A DNA stretch of 64,000 nucleotides. Origin: a virus (taxonomy: Duplodnaviria; Caudoviricetes). The stretch lies in IMG/VR virus record IMGVR_UViG_3300044675_007236; one strand, written 5' to 3'. A program made the translations under genes and the position numbers. Under the pieces are notes generated by a model that saw nothing but the letters and a program-made list of their open reading frames with translations, was not told where the DNA came from and made no database searches. The stretch's first letter is position 1. Every line of letters starts with the position of its first letter. Shown in pieces: positions 9,495-16,844 of this stretch.

Positions 9495-10202
9495 TTAAAA
9501 CAAATCTGCCGGATCCATATCGGCTAGCTTTGGGGCGTTTCGATCTTTTTCAGACAAGGTAATCGCTGAACTTCCGGCTGATAAATTTGTTTCAATAATA
9601 GGCAGCGAATTTAAAAAGCAAAGCGGGTTACACCCTCGCTCAAGCGACGGATCATAGTACTTGTCGTAAGCGTAATGCACACAGGCCGGGCTAGCTCTTG
9701 GTACGTAGAATCCATGGGCAAAGCCAGCAGGAACAAAGATCGAGTTAAAAGGATCAAGCGTTTCGCCAAACATTTGAAGCGGTACACAGACCAGTTTCAT
9801 AAAAGTCGGGCTAGCCTTACGTATATCCACAACGATGTCGTAGATCTTACCCGTCAGACATGTTACAAACTTGCACATGTCCTGGGGTGGTAGCTGCCAG
9901 TGTAGTCCTCGTAATACTCCTGGCAGACTGTAACTAACGTTGATTTGACGAGGTACAAAACTTTCTGCGGCAAGCTGGCGTTTAGCTTTGTCGGTCAGCG
10001 GTGCACCGTCGTTGAATTCAGGCCACTTAACTACGCTTTCATCTTTCGAACAAAACTCAAAATCGTCAGTTCGCCACAACTCGCTGAAAAATCCACGAGT
10101 ATCTGCTTTAGGCTTTAAATCGTAAAGTACAGGCACAGGCCCCGCTACGGCGGAGAATTCGGCGTCCATCACGGTTTTTTTATTGTAAAACAATTCAGAC
10201 AT
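9495..10202 (-). CDS. rmlC: dTDP-4-dehydrorhamnose 3,5-epimerase
   Basis: DTRGFFSE, GVLRGLHWQ, VPAGFAHGF, LSEKD motifs. Confidence 0.9.
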   Translation of the reverse strand: MSELFYNKKTVMDAEFSAVAGPVPVLYDLKPKADTRGFFSELWRTDDFEFCSKDESVVKWPEFNDGAPLTDKAKRQLAAESFVPRQINVSYSLPGVLRGLHWQLPPQDMCKFVTCLTGKIYDIVVDIRKASPTFMKLVCVPLQMFGETLDPFNSIFVPAGFAHGFYVPRASPACVHYAYDKYYDPSLERGCNPLCFLNSLPIIETNLSAGSSAITLSEKDRNAPKLADMDPADLF

Positions 10203-10211
10203 GGTTTTTTC

Positions 10212-11015
10212 CTATACTGCTACTGATGCTTTGATTGCCGACTGAGGATTGTAGCCACGTAGCTCAAGATCCTCATATTGATACTCCCAAACGTTGGGTC
10301 TTGCTAACTTTACCTCGAGTGTCGGCGGGATCAAGACCTCACGAGCAAGTTGCTCGTTAACTTGCTCAACGTGGTTGAGGTAGATGTGTGCGTCGCCAAG
10401 CGTGTGGATGAAACGACCGGGCTTGAGCCCAGCTGTCCTAGCCAGCAGTACAGTAAAAAGAGCGTACGACGCGACGTTAAAAGGCACTCCAAGAAACAAA
10501 TCCGCACTCCGTTGGTAGAGCTGACAGTCTAACTCGCCGTCGGAAACGTAGAACTGTGCAAGGACATGACAGGGTGGTAACGCCATCTTTTCTATCTCGG
10601 AAACGTTCCAGGAACTAAGCAAAATACGACGGTCGGTCGGTTTATCAATAATCTTGGCTTGTATTAGTTTTACTTGATCTACACCATTGAAGTCACGCCA
10701 TTGCTTACCATACACCGGCCCCAGCTCACCCTCACTGTCACACCACTCGTCCCATATTGTCACCCCTTTAGCCTGTAAAGACCTAACGTTGGTCTCTCCC
10801 CGCAAGAACCAAAACAGTTCTTCAGCTACATGCCTAAACGGTATTCTCTTGGTAGTAAGAAGTGGAAACGAATCATGCAGGTCATAAACACACTGGGCTC
10901 CAAATATCCCAATAGTTCCCACTCCTGTCCTATCTTCCCTACGCTTGCCCCGCTTCAGCACATTGGCTAGAAGCTCCAAGTAAACTAGTTCATTGTATTT
11001 GGTATCCGCGGTCAT
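10212..11015 (-). CDS. thyA: Thymidylate synthase
   Basis: LGPVYGKQWR, MALPPCH, QLYQRSADLFLGVPFN, DAHIY, C-terminal IKASVAV. Confidence 0.97.
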   Translation of the reverse strand: MTADTKYNELVYLELLANVLKRGKRREDRTGVGTIGIFGAQCVYDLHDSFPLLTTKRIPFRHVAEELFWFLRGETNVRSLQAKGVTIWDEWCDSEGELGPVYGKQWRDFNGVDQVKLIQAKIIDKPTDRRILLSSWNVSEIEKMALPPCHVLAQFYVSDGELDCQLYQRSADLFLGVPFNVASYALFTVLLARTAGLKPGRFIHTLGDAHIYLNHVEQVNEQLAREVLIPPTLEVKLARPNVWEYQYEDLELRGYNPQSAIKASVAV

Positions 11016-11017
11016 GT

Positions 11018-11485
11018 TTATCTTTCTTCGTAATAGTACTCATCAGAAACAACGATCTTAAACTCAGCTTTACACCCAGTGCATCTAACCATAGCCGGAG
11101 CTGTGTACAACTGAGTCATCTCGCTGGCAGACAATATCGGCTCGAGCGATTTTGTCTCTACTTGATTGAGTTCAGCCGGGGCAAGGCATACGATATTGGC
11201 TTTGTTGCACATCGGGCAACGAGCAACTAAACTTCTGCGTGCGACAACTGGTTCATCCGGTTTAGGTGTTAACTTGACTAAATCAAAATTTGACTCTGTC
11301 CATGTCAAGTGTCTACCTGTAGCCGTGTAGGTTTCTTGCCGCCAATCTTTAGGATCCTCACTAGGTGGCTCACTTGAGTGATTACCTATCTGTGCAGAGA
11401 TCACGTAGATACCACCCAAATCTCTAGATTTGATATTACGCACCCAGAAGCCACCTGTAGTTTTGTCTTCAAATTCAAGCTTCAT
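11018..11485 (-). CDS. Hypothetical protein (paralog of 11754-11990) with C-terminal Zn ribbon
   Basis: MKLEFEDKTTGGFWVRN domain; CPMC...CTGC. Confidence 0.7.
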   Translation of the reverse strand: MKLEFEDKTTGGFWVRNIKSRDLGGIYVISAQIGNHSSEPPSEDPKDWRQETYTATGRHLTWTESNFDLVKLTPKPDEPVVARRSLVARCPMCNKANIVCLAPAELNQVETKSLEPILSASEMTQLYTAPAMVRCTGCKAEFKIVVSDEYYYEER

Positions 11486-11539
11486 TTTGCACCTCCATTC
11501 TTGTTTTAATTTGTAAAACCTGCATCATACAAGGCGGTA

Positions 11540-11761
11540 TCACTTCGACACTCTTCTCGCATTATCGACGACTCTGGCGTATTTATAAGACTCGCCCTGG
11601 TTGATTGAAAACACTTTAAAAGGACGCTCGCTTTCGTGATCTATAGACCTTAAATATTTTTTTAACCACGTACAGTCCTTTGACGTCGGATCGCAGTTCG
11701 TGGCTTCAATTGGCCTACCACAATCAAACTCCGTAACGTCTTGGTATCGTAGATTAGTCAT
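11540..11761 (-). CDS. Hypothetical protein
   Basis: AGGTGCAAAATG SD/start shared with both neighbours. Confidence 0.6.
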   Translation of the reverse strand: MTNLRYQDVTEFDCGRPIEATNCDPTSKDCTWLKKYLRSIDHESERPFKVFSINQGESYKYARVVDNARRVSK

Positions 11762-11990
11762 TTTGCACCTTTACTAAATCAAAACCACTTTCAAGACCGC
11801 AGAAAGTATGCCGCCCACTTCTTGTCCAAGATTCACGACGCCAATCCAGTGGATTGTCACTAGGCGGCTGCGATGAATGATTGCCTACTTCGCCGCGTAG
11901 CACAAAAGGGTTTTCCTCAGAGACCGGTACTTCCTCTACATTACGCACCCAGAAGCCGTCTGTAGTCTTGTCTTCAAATTTAAGCTTCAT
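11754..11990 (-). CDS. Hypothetical protein (paralog of 11018-11485)
   Basis: MKLKFEDKTTDGFWVRN; start at AGGTGCAAAATG. Confidence 0.7.
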   Translation of the reverse strand: MKLKFEDKTTDGFWVRNVEEVPVSEENPFVLRGEVGNHSSQPPSDNPLDWRRESWTRSGRHTFCGLESGFDLVKVQND

Positions 11991-12021
11991 TTTGCACCTT
12001 GCTTTCATTTACAGTTGAAAC

Positions 12022-12954
12022 TTATAACCCACAATACATCAGATCTTCGTCGTCTAAAGAACCATTTGACGGTATTCCAGCCCATTGGACTCCACCTTGC
12101 CAAGCTAGCCACAGCAGTTCAACATTGCTATCGAAGTATCTGTACTCGTTGCGAGCAAAGTAGGCTTTGTTCCAACCGTACCGCTTGCCGATATCAGCTT
12201 CGAACGCTTCCTGCATTGTATTGGCCGAACTATCCAGGATCTTTGGAGCGTTAGACTTATTTGGAGTTTTCAATTGTGCGTTTGTCAGATCAATATGTTC
12301 TAAGTTTGTTAGATCACAGTACGTCATGAACTTTCCGCAGTTGGTACGAAATTCGTACGGTCGCTTTCTCTCAGGCGAAACCGAAGCTATGTAACCTCTA
12401 ACTCCGTCCCACCTATGCCCAGGTTTGATAAACCTTACTTTATCGCCGACTTGAACGGCTTCCTCGACCCAGACGCCCTGGATTTCGCTCGGGAACGCTT
12501 CGTCGCGAACAGGTTTCTGCCTTTCAGCCACACAAGGACTCCCAGTGGCACCGCTCGAACTATTCGGAATCTCCGGAGAGTTGGCGGTTTCAATCCGGCA
12601 CTCTTCCCAATACCCGCTATCCTCTCCGTCGAGTATCAAAAACCTGTATTCTCCTACGGCTACCTCGCTAAGCAGCCCTGTTCTCCAGTCCGATTCTTCC
12701 GATTCCCTGTATTCGCACTCGATCGGCCCGTTACTCAAATCAGCCTGTACTGGCTCGCGATATTGCCTCGGGACTGATCCCGGCTCAGTCGTTGCGAATT
12801 CTTTAAGAAGTGGCGGCTCAACGGGTCGGCATTGCCCCCTTCCAGCCCAAAACCAGTTGTCGTTGCCGCTCGGCGTGACCTTTATCAGGCTGTCGCATGG
12901 CTCAATCACTTTGCACTTGACCCAAACGTCATCGCCTACTTCAAAATTTTGCAT
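12022..12954 (-). CDS. Modular hypothetical protein
   Basis: Shares YREP..ADL.NGPIECE and GD.VRF..P.H modules with 33752-35698 and a KRYGW module with 36233-37273. Confidence 0.7.
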   Translation of the reverse strand: MQNFEVGDDVWVKCKVIEPCDSLIKVTPSGNDNWFWAGRGQCRPVEPPLLKEFATTEPGSVPRQYREPVQADLSNGPIECEYRESEESDWRTGLLSEVAVGEYRFLILDGEDSGYWEECRIETANSPEIPNSSSGATGSPCVAERQKPVRDEAFPSEIQGVWVEEAVQVGDKVRFIKPGHRWDGVRGYIASVSPERKRPYEFRTNCGKFMTYCDLTNLEHIDLTNAQLKTPNKSNAPKILDSSANTMQEAFEADIGKRYGWNKAYFARNEYRYFDSNVELLWLAWQGGVQWAGIPSNGSLDDEDLMYCGL

Positions 12955-13060
12955 TGCGCTATCCTTTAACTAATAGACAAAAGACTAAAAACGTAATTAA
13001 GCGTCAGTTCAAACGCTCAAAAACATGCCACACGCCCGGATTGATAACTACTGTTCCGAG

Positions 13061-13132
13061 AGGACCGAGATGGAATCGAACCATCGCCCAACACTTTAGA
13101 GGGGTGCTGCTCTACCACTGAGCTATCGGTCC
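13061..13132 (-). tRNA. tRNA with atypical anticodon arm (UCU with C33, or CUA in an expanded loop)
   Basis: GGACCGA/TCGGTCC acceptor, GCTC/GAGC D stem, GATGG-TTCGATT-CCATC T arm; loop CCTCTAA with C31-A39 mismatch; no encoded CCA. Confidence 0.75.
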
Positions 13133-13232
13133 TTGGGCGGGCTATCTGGAGTGATCGCGAAAGCTACTCCCCATTCTTACTGGTGCTACCCCGCTGGCTC
13201 ACCAGATCAGTCAGGAGCTACCTGACAACTTG

Positions 13233-13586
13233 CTAAAGGTTAACACCAAAACGCTCTTTGTGGTAGAGGCTACGAGCAGTTTTTGAATCTTTTCCGTAGA
13301 CTTCCGCATCAAGCAAAAACGATAGGCCTGAGATCTCACCACCTGTCAACCACTCAAAGGCAACGTCACCGTTGTTTGTAATCAAAACTCTCGCCGGTGC
13401 ATCGTGTTCTTGCCTCCAAGTGTCAATACGCTTTCGAACAAAATCAAGCAGCTCTTTAATTGGTGCCGGGCTACCTTCGCCATCCCAATTGTCTTCAAGG
13501 TTGTAAAACTTGAGTAGCTGCATGCAAATTGCATCCCAAGCCTGTTCGCGTTGTATTTCGTTTTCAGTTTGTTCCTGTTTGTTCAT
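13233..13586 (-). CDS. Hypothetical protein
   Basis: ORF with DNWDGEGSPAP motif. Confidence 0.6.
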   Translation of the reverse strand: MNKQEQTENEIQREQAWDAICMQLLKFYNLEDNWDGEGSPAPIKELLDFVRKRIDTWRQEHDAPARVLITNNGDVAFEWLTGGEISGLSFLLDAEVYGKDSKTARSLYHKERFGVNL

Positions 13587-13803
13587 TTTGTTCTTTCATA
13601 GTTCTTATTTTATCTTTCAAGTCCTGTGCCCACCGAATGCAGGCTACTGCAATTTCACAAGCTGTGTTCAGCTTATCAACGCTTGATCCGTTTTCAATTT
13701 GACTTCGTAGCCTGGTTACATCGTCGTCTTGCCCAATCTTTCCATCGAGTGCAACGCTTACAGCATCCAGTATACGGTGATCCCAGTCAGTTGCTACCGT
13801 CAT
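13564..13803 (-). CDS. Hypothetical protein
   Basis: Starts immediately after the epimerase stop. Confidence 0.55.
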   Translation of the reverse strand: MTVATDWDHRILDAVSVALDGKIGQDDDVTRLRSQIENGSSVDKLNTACEIAVACIRWAQDLKDKIRTMKEQNEQTGTN

Positions 13804-14703
13804 TTAGGTTTCTCTTTCTGTGTTTACCTGATCGCAGAAGTCAGCTACATACTTTTCAAGAGAGACGGTTGGCCACCAACCCAACTTAACTGTAGCCGAA
13901 TGGTCGGTACAAAGTGTAGTGCGGGCCTCTCCTAACCTGGAAGAAATGTATTCGATTTTTGAACCTTCAAACATTTTAGCCAGCTCATTAATCGAGTAGT
14001 TTGTGCCTACGCCTACGTTGTAAATACAGGCACCCGGTTCTTGTACTTGAGATATCTTGTCGAGAGCCCATGCGACATCGCCCACATGAATAAAGTCTCG
14101 ACGTTGCTCTCCGTCGCCCGTGATAGTCAACGGCAAATTGGCTTTGTATAGCCTTTCAAAAATACCAACAACGGTTGCGTCTGACCCGGCAGTAACATGC
14201 CCAGGCCCGTAAACGTTAAAGAAACGAGCAATGGCCGTCTGCACGCCGTGACAATGCGTATACATCTGACACATTTCTTCGCCTAAGTGTTTTGAGAATG
14301 CATACGGGTTTGCCATGGCCCCACCGTAGTAAGACGAAGACCCGGCATACACAAGCCGGTTGTTGTGGTTTTTACAGAAGATCTCGAGAACATTGGCTGT
14401 ACCAGTTATGTTGTCTTTGTAGCTTTTCAAAGGGTCGTCAAAGCTAGGATTAACCCTGGATTGTGCTGCCAGATGAAAAACAATTGAGTCAGTTGGAAAA
14501 TTAGCTTGGCTGGATATAGCTTTTAAATTAGCGACGTCTGAAATATCGCAGCGTGCAAATCTCAAGTTTTCCGTCACGCGGTGTTTGTACATATCTTTGT
14601 CAACGACCAGTACTTCATAACCTTCGTTGAGTAACCGCGAAGTAAGGTGCCCTCCGATAAACCCAGAACCACCAGTTACCACTACCGTCTGTTTATTACT
14701 CAC
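13804..14703 (-). CDS. NAD-dependent nucleotide-sugar epimerase/dehydratase (GalE-like)
   Basis: GGSGFIG, FHLAAQ, YAFSK, RFFNVYGP, GDGEQRRDFIHV. Confidence 0.9.
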   Translation of the reverse strand: MSNKQTVVVTGGSGFIGGHLTSRLLNEGYEVLVVDKDMYKHRVTENLRFARCDISDVANLKAISSQANFPTDSIVFHLAAQSRVNPSFDDPLKSYKDNITGTANVLEIFCKNHNNRLVYAGSSSYYGGAMANPYAFSKHLGEEMCQMYTHCHGVQTAIARFFNVYGPGHVTAGSDATVVGIFERLYKANLPLTITGDGEQRRDFIHVGDVAWALDKISQVQEPGACIYNVGVGTNYSINELAKMFEGSKIEYISSRLGEARTTLCTDHSATVKLGWWPTVSLEKYVADFCDQVNTERET

Positions 14704-14860
14704 TTTTAAGCTCCTTAAAAGGTTCTAAAGCCGCTTTGACATCAAGTTGGTTTACATTTAGCTTGGTTTCTAAATGTCTGTACACAGCGTACCTAAGCAC
14801 AATCAACGAAGCGATAAAAACCAAAAAACGTAAACATTCTAGCAGTAGCTTACTTTTCAT
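14696..14860 (-). CDS. Small membrane protein (54 aa, not in ORF track)
   Basis: Manual translation MKSKLLLECLRFLVFIASLIVLRYAVY...; overlaps both neighbours. Confidence 0.5.
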   Translation of the reverse strand: MKSKLLLECLRFLVFIASLIVLRYAVYRHLETKLNVNQLDVKAALEPFKELKSE

Positions 14861-15098
14861 CGCTGAAAGCCTTTCCCTTAACGATTTCGTCGATAGCTCC
14901 CTGGATATCCAAGATAAGCCGTTTTGCTCCGGCTAGCGTAATGAAAATGTCTTCGTAGTTATCCGGATTTTCCGGATGGTCTGGATCTACAATTTCAGCT
15001 TTAGACCAACTTAAGCCGATGGCTTTGATCGTTTTTTCTTCGCCTGGTTTACGTAGCAGGCACATACCGACATTAATTCCGCCTAAAACGTCTGCCAC
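14850..15098 (-). CDS. Hypothetical protein
   Basis: ORF in operon. Confidence 0.5.
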   Translation of the reverse strand: MADVLGGINVGMCLLRKPGEEKTIKAIGLSWSKAEIVDPDHPENPDNYEDIFITLAGAKRLILDIQGAIDEIVKGKAFSDEK

Positions 15099-15174
15099 AT
15101 CAACACCTTTCGTAAAAACAAAGATTTTCCTGTTTTAGAAAACTTTTTAAATTGAGAAAACTATTAATGAAGAA

Positions 15175-15492
15175 TCAAACCACTTCGATCTCTGGGTGGG
15201 TTTCCAAGATGATGCAAGGAACGTGAATTTCTGCGTTATTCTCGACGTCAACTGCCTTAAGGTGGTAAGTATCTTCTTGTTTTGTTCCGCCAAGATAAAC
15301 ACCCTCCACCGCCCAAACTCTAAACCCTCCCGCCGTCGCGTAGTGTGGCATCCGCAACACATCGCCAGTCTTAAACGATCTGTCGGGTCGCTTATACAAA
15401 CCAAGGTCGCACAATAAGCCTCCGACACTAGTACACTTTCCATCTTCGAGCTCTGCCATTTTCAACAACCAATCTTTACTTGGACCATTCAT
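15175..15492 (-). CDS. Hypothetical protein
   Basis: ATG at 15492 (MNGPSK) with GGAGG upstream; the longer ORF-track N-terminus overlaps an RNA element. Confidence 0.6.
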   Translation of the reverse strand: MNGPSKDWLLKMAELEDGKCTSVGGLLCDLGLYKRPDRSFKTGDVLRMPHYATAGGFRVWAVEGVYLGGTKQEDTYHLKAVDVENNAEIHVPCIILETHPEIEVV

Positions 15493-15504
15493 CTTTTCGC
15501 CTCC

Positions 15505-15537
15505 AAAAATACGCCTTGCCGAAATGGCGTGGCAAAA
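15505..15537 (-). terminator. 33-bp repeated hairpin plus T-tract after tRNA-like element (copy 1)
   Basis: 27/33 identical to 16486-16518; hairpin followed by TTTTT on minus strand. Confidence 0.55.
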
Positions 15538-15669
15538 GGACTGCGACGGAATCGAGCCGTCTTTACTCGCTGCGAGTGTCAACGCAACACACACTAGCAA
15601 GTCTTTTAGCGTCGTTGTGCTGTCACCGTTGCAACGGATCAAGCACGCTAGCCAACCTGGCTACAGTCC
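15537..15669 (-). ncRNA. Expanded tRNA-like RNA A (133 nt)
   Basis: GGACTGT/GCAGTCC acceptor, GCCA-GGT-TGGC D arm, GACGG-CTCGATT-CCGTC T arm; multi-helix insert replaces the anticodon arm. Confidence 0.7.
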
Positions 15670-15747
15670 AAAAGATCGGGCAGGGTTTTAATTTGCTTGG
15701 CCGCAGATCACGCTCGGCCCGAAGTGGGTTGGCACTGCGTCTGCTGT

Positions 15748-16107
15748 TTACCGAACGTGTTCAACAGGTTCATCAGGCATTGACGGATTCCATGTCCGCT
15801 TCTTGTTCTTGACCATTTTCGCTTGTGCCGCTTCCACCAACTGCGTTGGCTTTACGCCAGCCCGTCGCGATGCGTCCAGCAACAAAAGGAAACAATCGGC
15901 CAACTCTTCACAAAGATCAGGCGTTCCGACGGCCTCCTGGCATTCGCGTGCTTCCTTCTCCAGATGCTTTAATGCACCCAAAGGACCTCGTTCTAAATCG
16001 CTACCAAATGTGTCCTGCGACCATTTGGCTTGATCTTCCACCAAGTCGCTGAACTTGTCTGCAAAATCAATCATCGAATAAAAAAAACCAGATGTTGACA
16101 TACTCAA
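15748..16107 (-). CDS. dATP/dGTP pyrophosphohydrolase (DUF550, MazG-like)
   Basis: WSQDTFG...GALKHLEKEA...EELADCF...KMVKNKKRTW. Confidence 0.75.
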   Translation of the reverse strand: MSMSTSGFFYSMIDFADKFSDLVEDQAKWSQDTFGSDLERGPLGALKHLEKEARECQEAVGTPDLCEELADCFLLLLDASRRAGVKPTQLVEAAQAKMVKNKKRTWNPSMPDEPVEHVR

Positions 16108-16159
16108 CCTTTGTTACGTGTAGTACGCTCGATTACGCCTCCCCGAATTGGTTCAGCAA

Positions 16160-16229
16160 AAGGATCGCCACGATTCGAACGTGACTTGCTCGGTCAAGAG
16201 CCGTGCGAGTCCACCACACTGCCGATCCT
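16160..16229 (-). tRNA. Degenerate tRNA-like gene, loop CT-CTT-GA (Lys-like anticodon)
   Basis: AGGATCG/CGATCCT acceptor, TCACG-TTCGAAT-CGTGG T arm; weak D arm and G37. Confidence 0.5.
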
Positions 16230-16230
16230 A

Positions 16231-16306
16231 GTTCTGCCTACCCTTGCGATTCGCTTGCCTTGCGTATCACCTTGCGGGTGCTGCTCTACCATTAAGCTAA
16301 CGGTCC
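16231..16306 (-). pseudogene. tRNA 5' half (paralog of 13061 tRNA) lacking a T arm
   Basis: First 31 nt 28/31 identical to the 13061-13132 tRNA; then CACC-CGCAA-GGTG and further GCAA runs. Confidence 0.55.
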
Positions 16307-16314
16307 AAAAACCA

Positions 16315-16473
16315 CTAACGCTTACCAATCACCAATTGCAATTCAAGCTCGGCTAGGAAGCACAGGCTTCGCTCGATTTCTTTTCGCAAGTTTGGGTCCA
16401 TCTTTTGAGCATCTCGACTGAACAGCAATTGCTGACGACCGACGATTTCATTCCTTACCTTTTCTAGCGACAT
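16315..16473 (-). CDS. Small hypothetical protein (52 aa)
   Basis: ATG at 16473 (MSLEKVRNE) with GAGG upstream; the longer ORF-track frame crosses RNA elements. Confidence 0.45.
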   Translation of the reverse strand: MSLEKVRNEIVGRQQLLFSRDAQKMDPNLRKEIERSLCFLAELELQLVIGKR

Positions 16474-16485
16474 AACAAAACCTCT

Positions 16486-16518
16486 AAAAAAACGCCGCCC
16501 CGAAATGGATTGGCAAAA
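16486..16518 (-). terminator. 33-bp repeated hairpin plus T-tract after tRNA-like element (copy 2)
   Basis: 27/33 identical to 15505-15537. Confidence 0.55.
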
Positions 16519-16590
16519 AGAGCGGGCAGGATTGGCTACCTGCAAATACTTGACATGGGAAGCATTATGCTCCGACCACGCCGCCGCTCT
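16518..16590 (-). tRNA. Degenerate tRNA-like gene, 8-nt loop CCCATGTC (Met-like)
   Basis: AGAGCGG/CCGCTCT acceptor, ATGCTT/AAGTAT anticodon stem, GCAGG/CCTGC T stem with 8-nt loop TAGCCAAT. Confidence 0.45.
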
Positions 16591-16669
16591 TGACTGGTAA
16601 GGTGTGTCCAGCTTGCGGAATTTCACCGCAACCTCTATCCGTTTGCTTTCGCAGGCGTTTGCATCCCTA

Positions 16670-16842
16670 AGGGTAGGACTGGAATCGAACCAGCTTTGAC
16701 CTCGCCAGTCGTTTGCGAGTTGTACTGTCACTATGACCGCTTGCGATGCCTCGCATTAAGTCGCCTCAGCTATCGGATTCGACCAAACCGACATACGCTT
16801 CAAAGGCTAAAATAGGCATGAATCCAAACATGCTTCCTACCC
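16670..16842 (-). ncRNA. Expanded tRNA-like RNA B (173 nt)
   Basis: GGGTAGG/CCTACCC acceptor, GCATG-TTTGGATT-CATGC D arm, GCTGG-TTCGATT-CCAGT T arm; ~120-nt structured insert. Confidence 0.75.
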
Positions 16843-16844
16843 AA

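Noticed and set aside
10212-11015. ThyA homolog as a dCMP hydroxymethylase for DNA hypermodification
   Set aside because: It keeps the dUMP-specifying Asn (GVPFNVASY) and all canonical ThyA motifs
10212-13132. Genome-wide amber (TAG) recoding suggested by the CTCTAAA loop in the 13061 tRNA
   Set aside because: ThyA ends in TAG exactly at its canonical C-terminus, long genes have no internal TAG, and several genes end in TAG next to the following gene
15493-16731. N-terminal extensions of ORFs 15175-15642 and 16315-16731
   Set aside because: They run through tRNA-like elements; internal ATGs with SD sequences (15492, 16473) fit better
15537-16842. Expanded tRNA-like RNAs as tmRNA or group I intron-containing tRNAs
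   Set aside because: No G3-U70 Ala identity or tag ORF; inserts (~80-120 nt) are too short for group I introns and lack recognisable P7 core sequences; no bulge-helix-bulge found by eye
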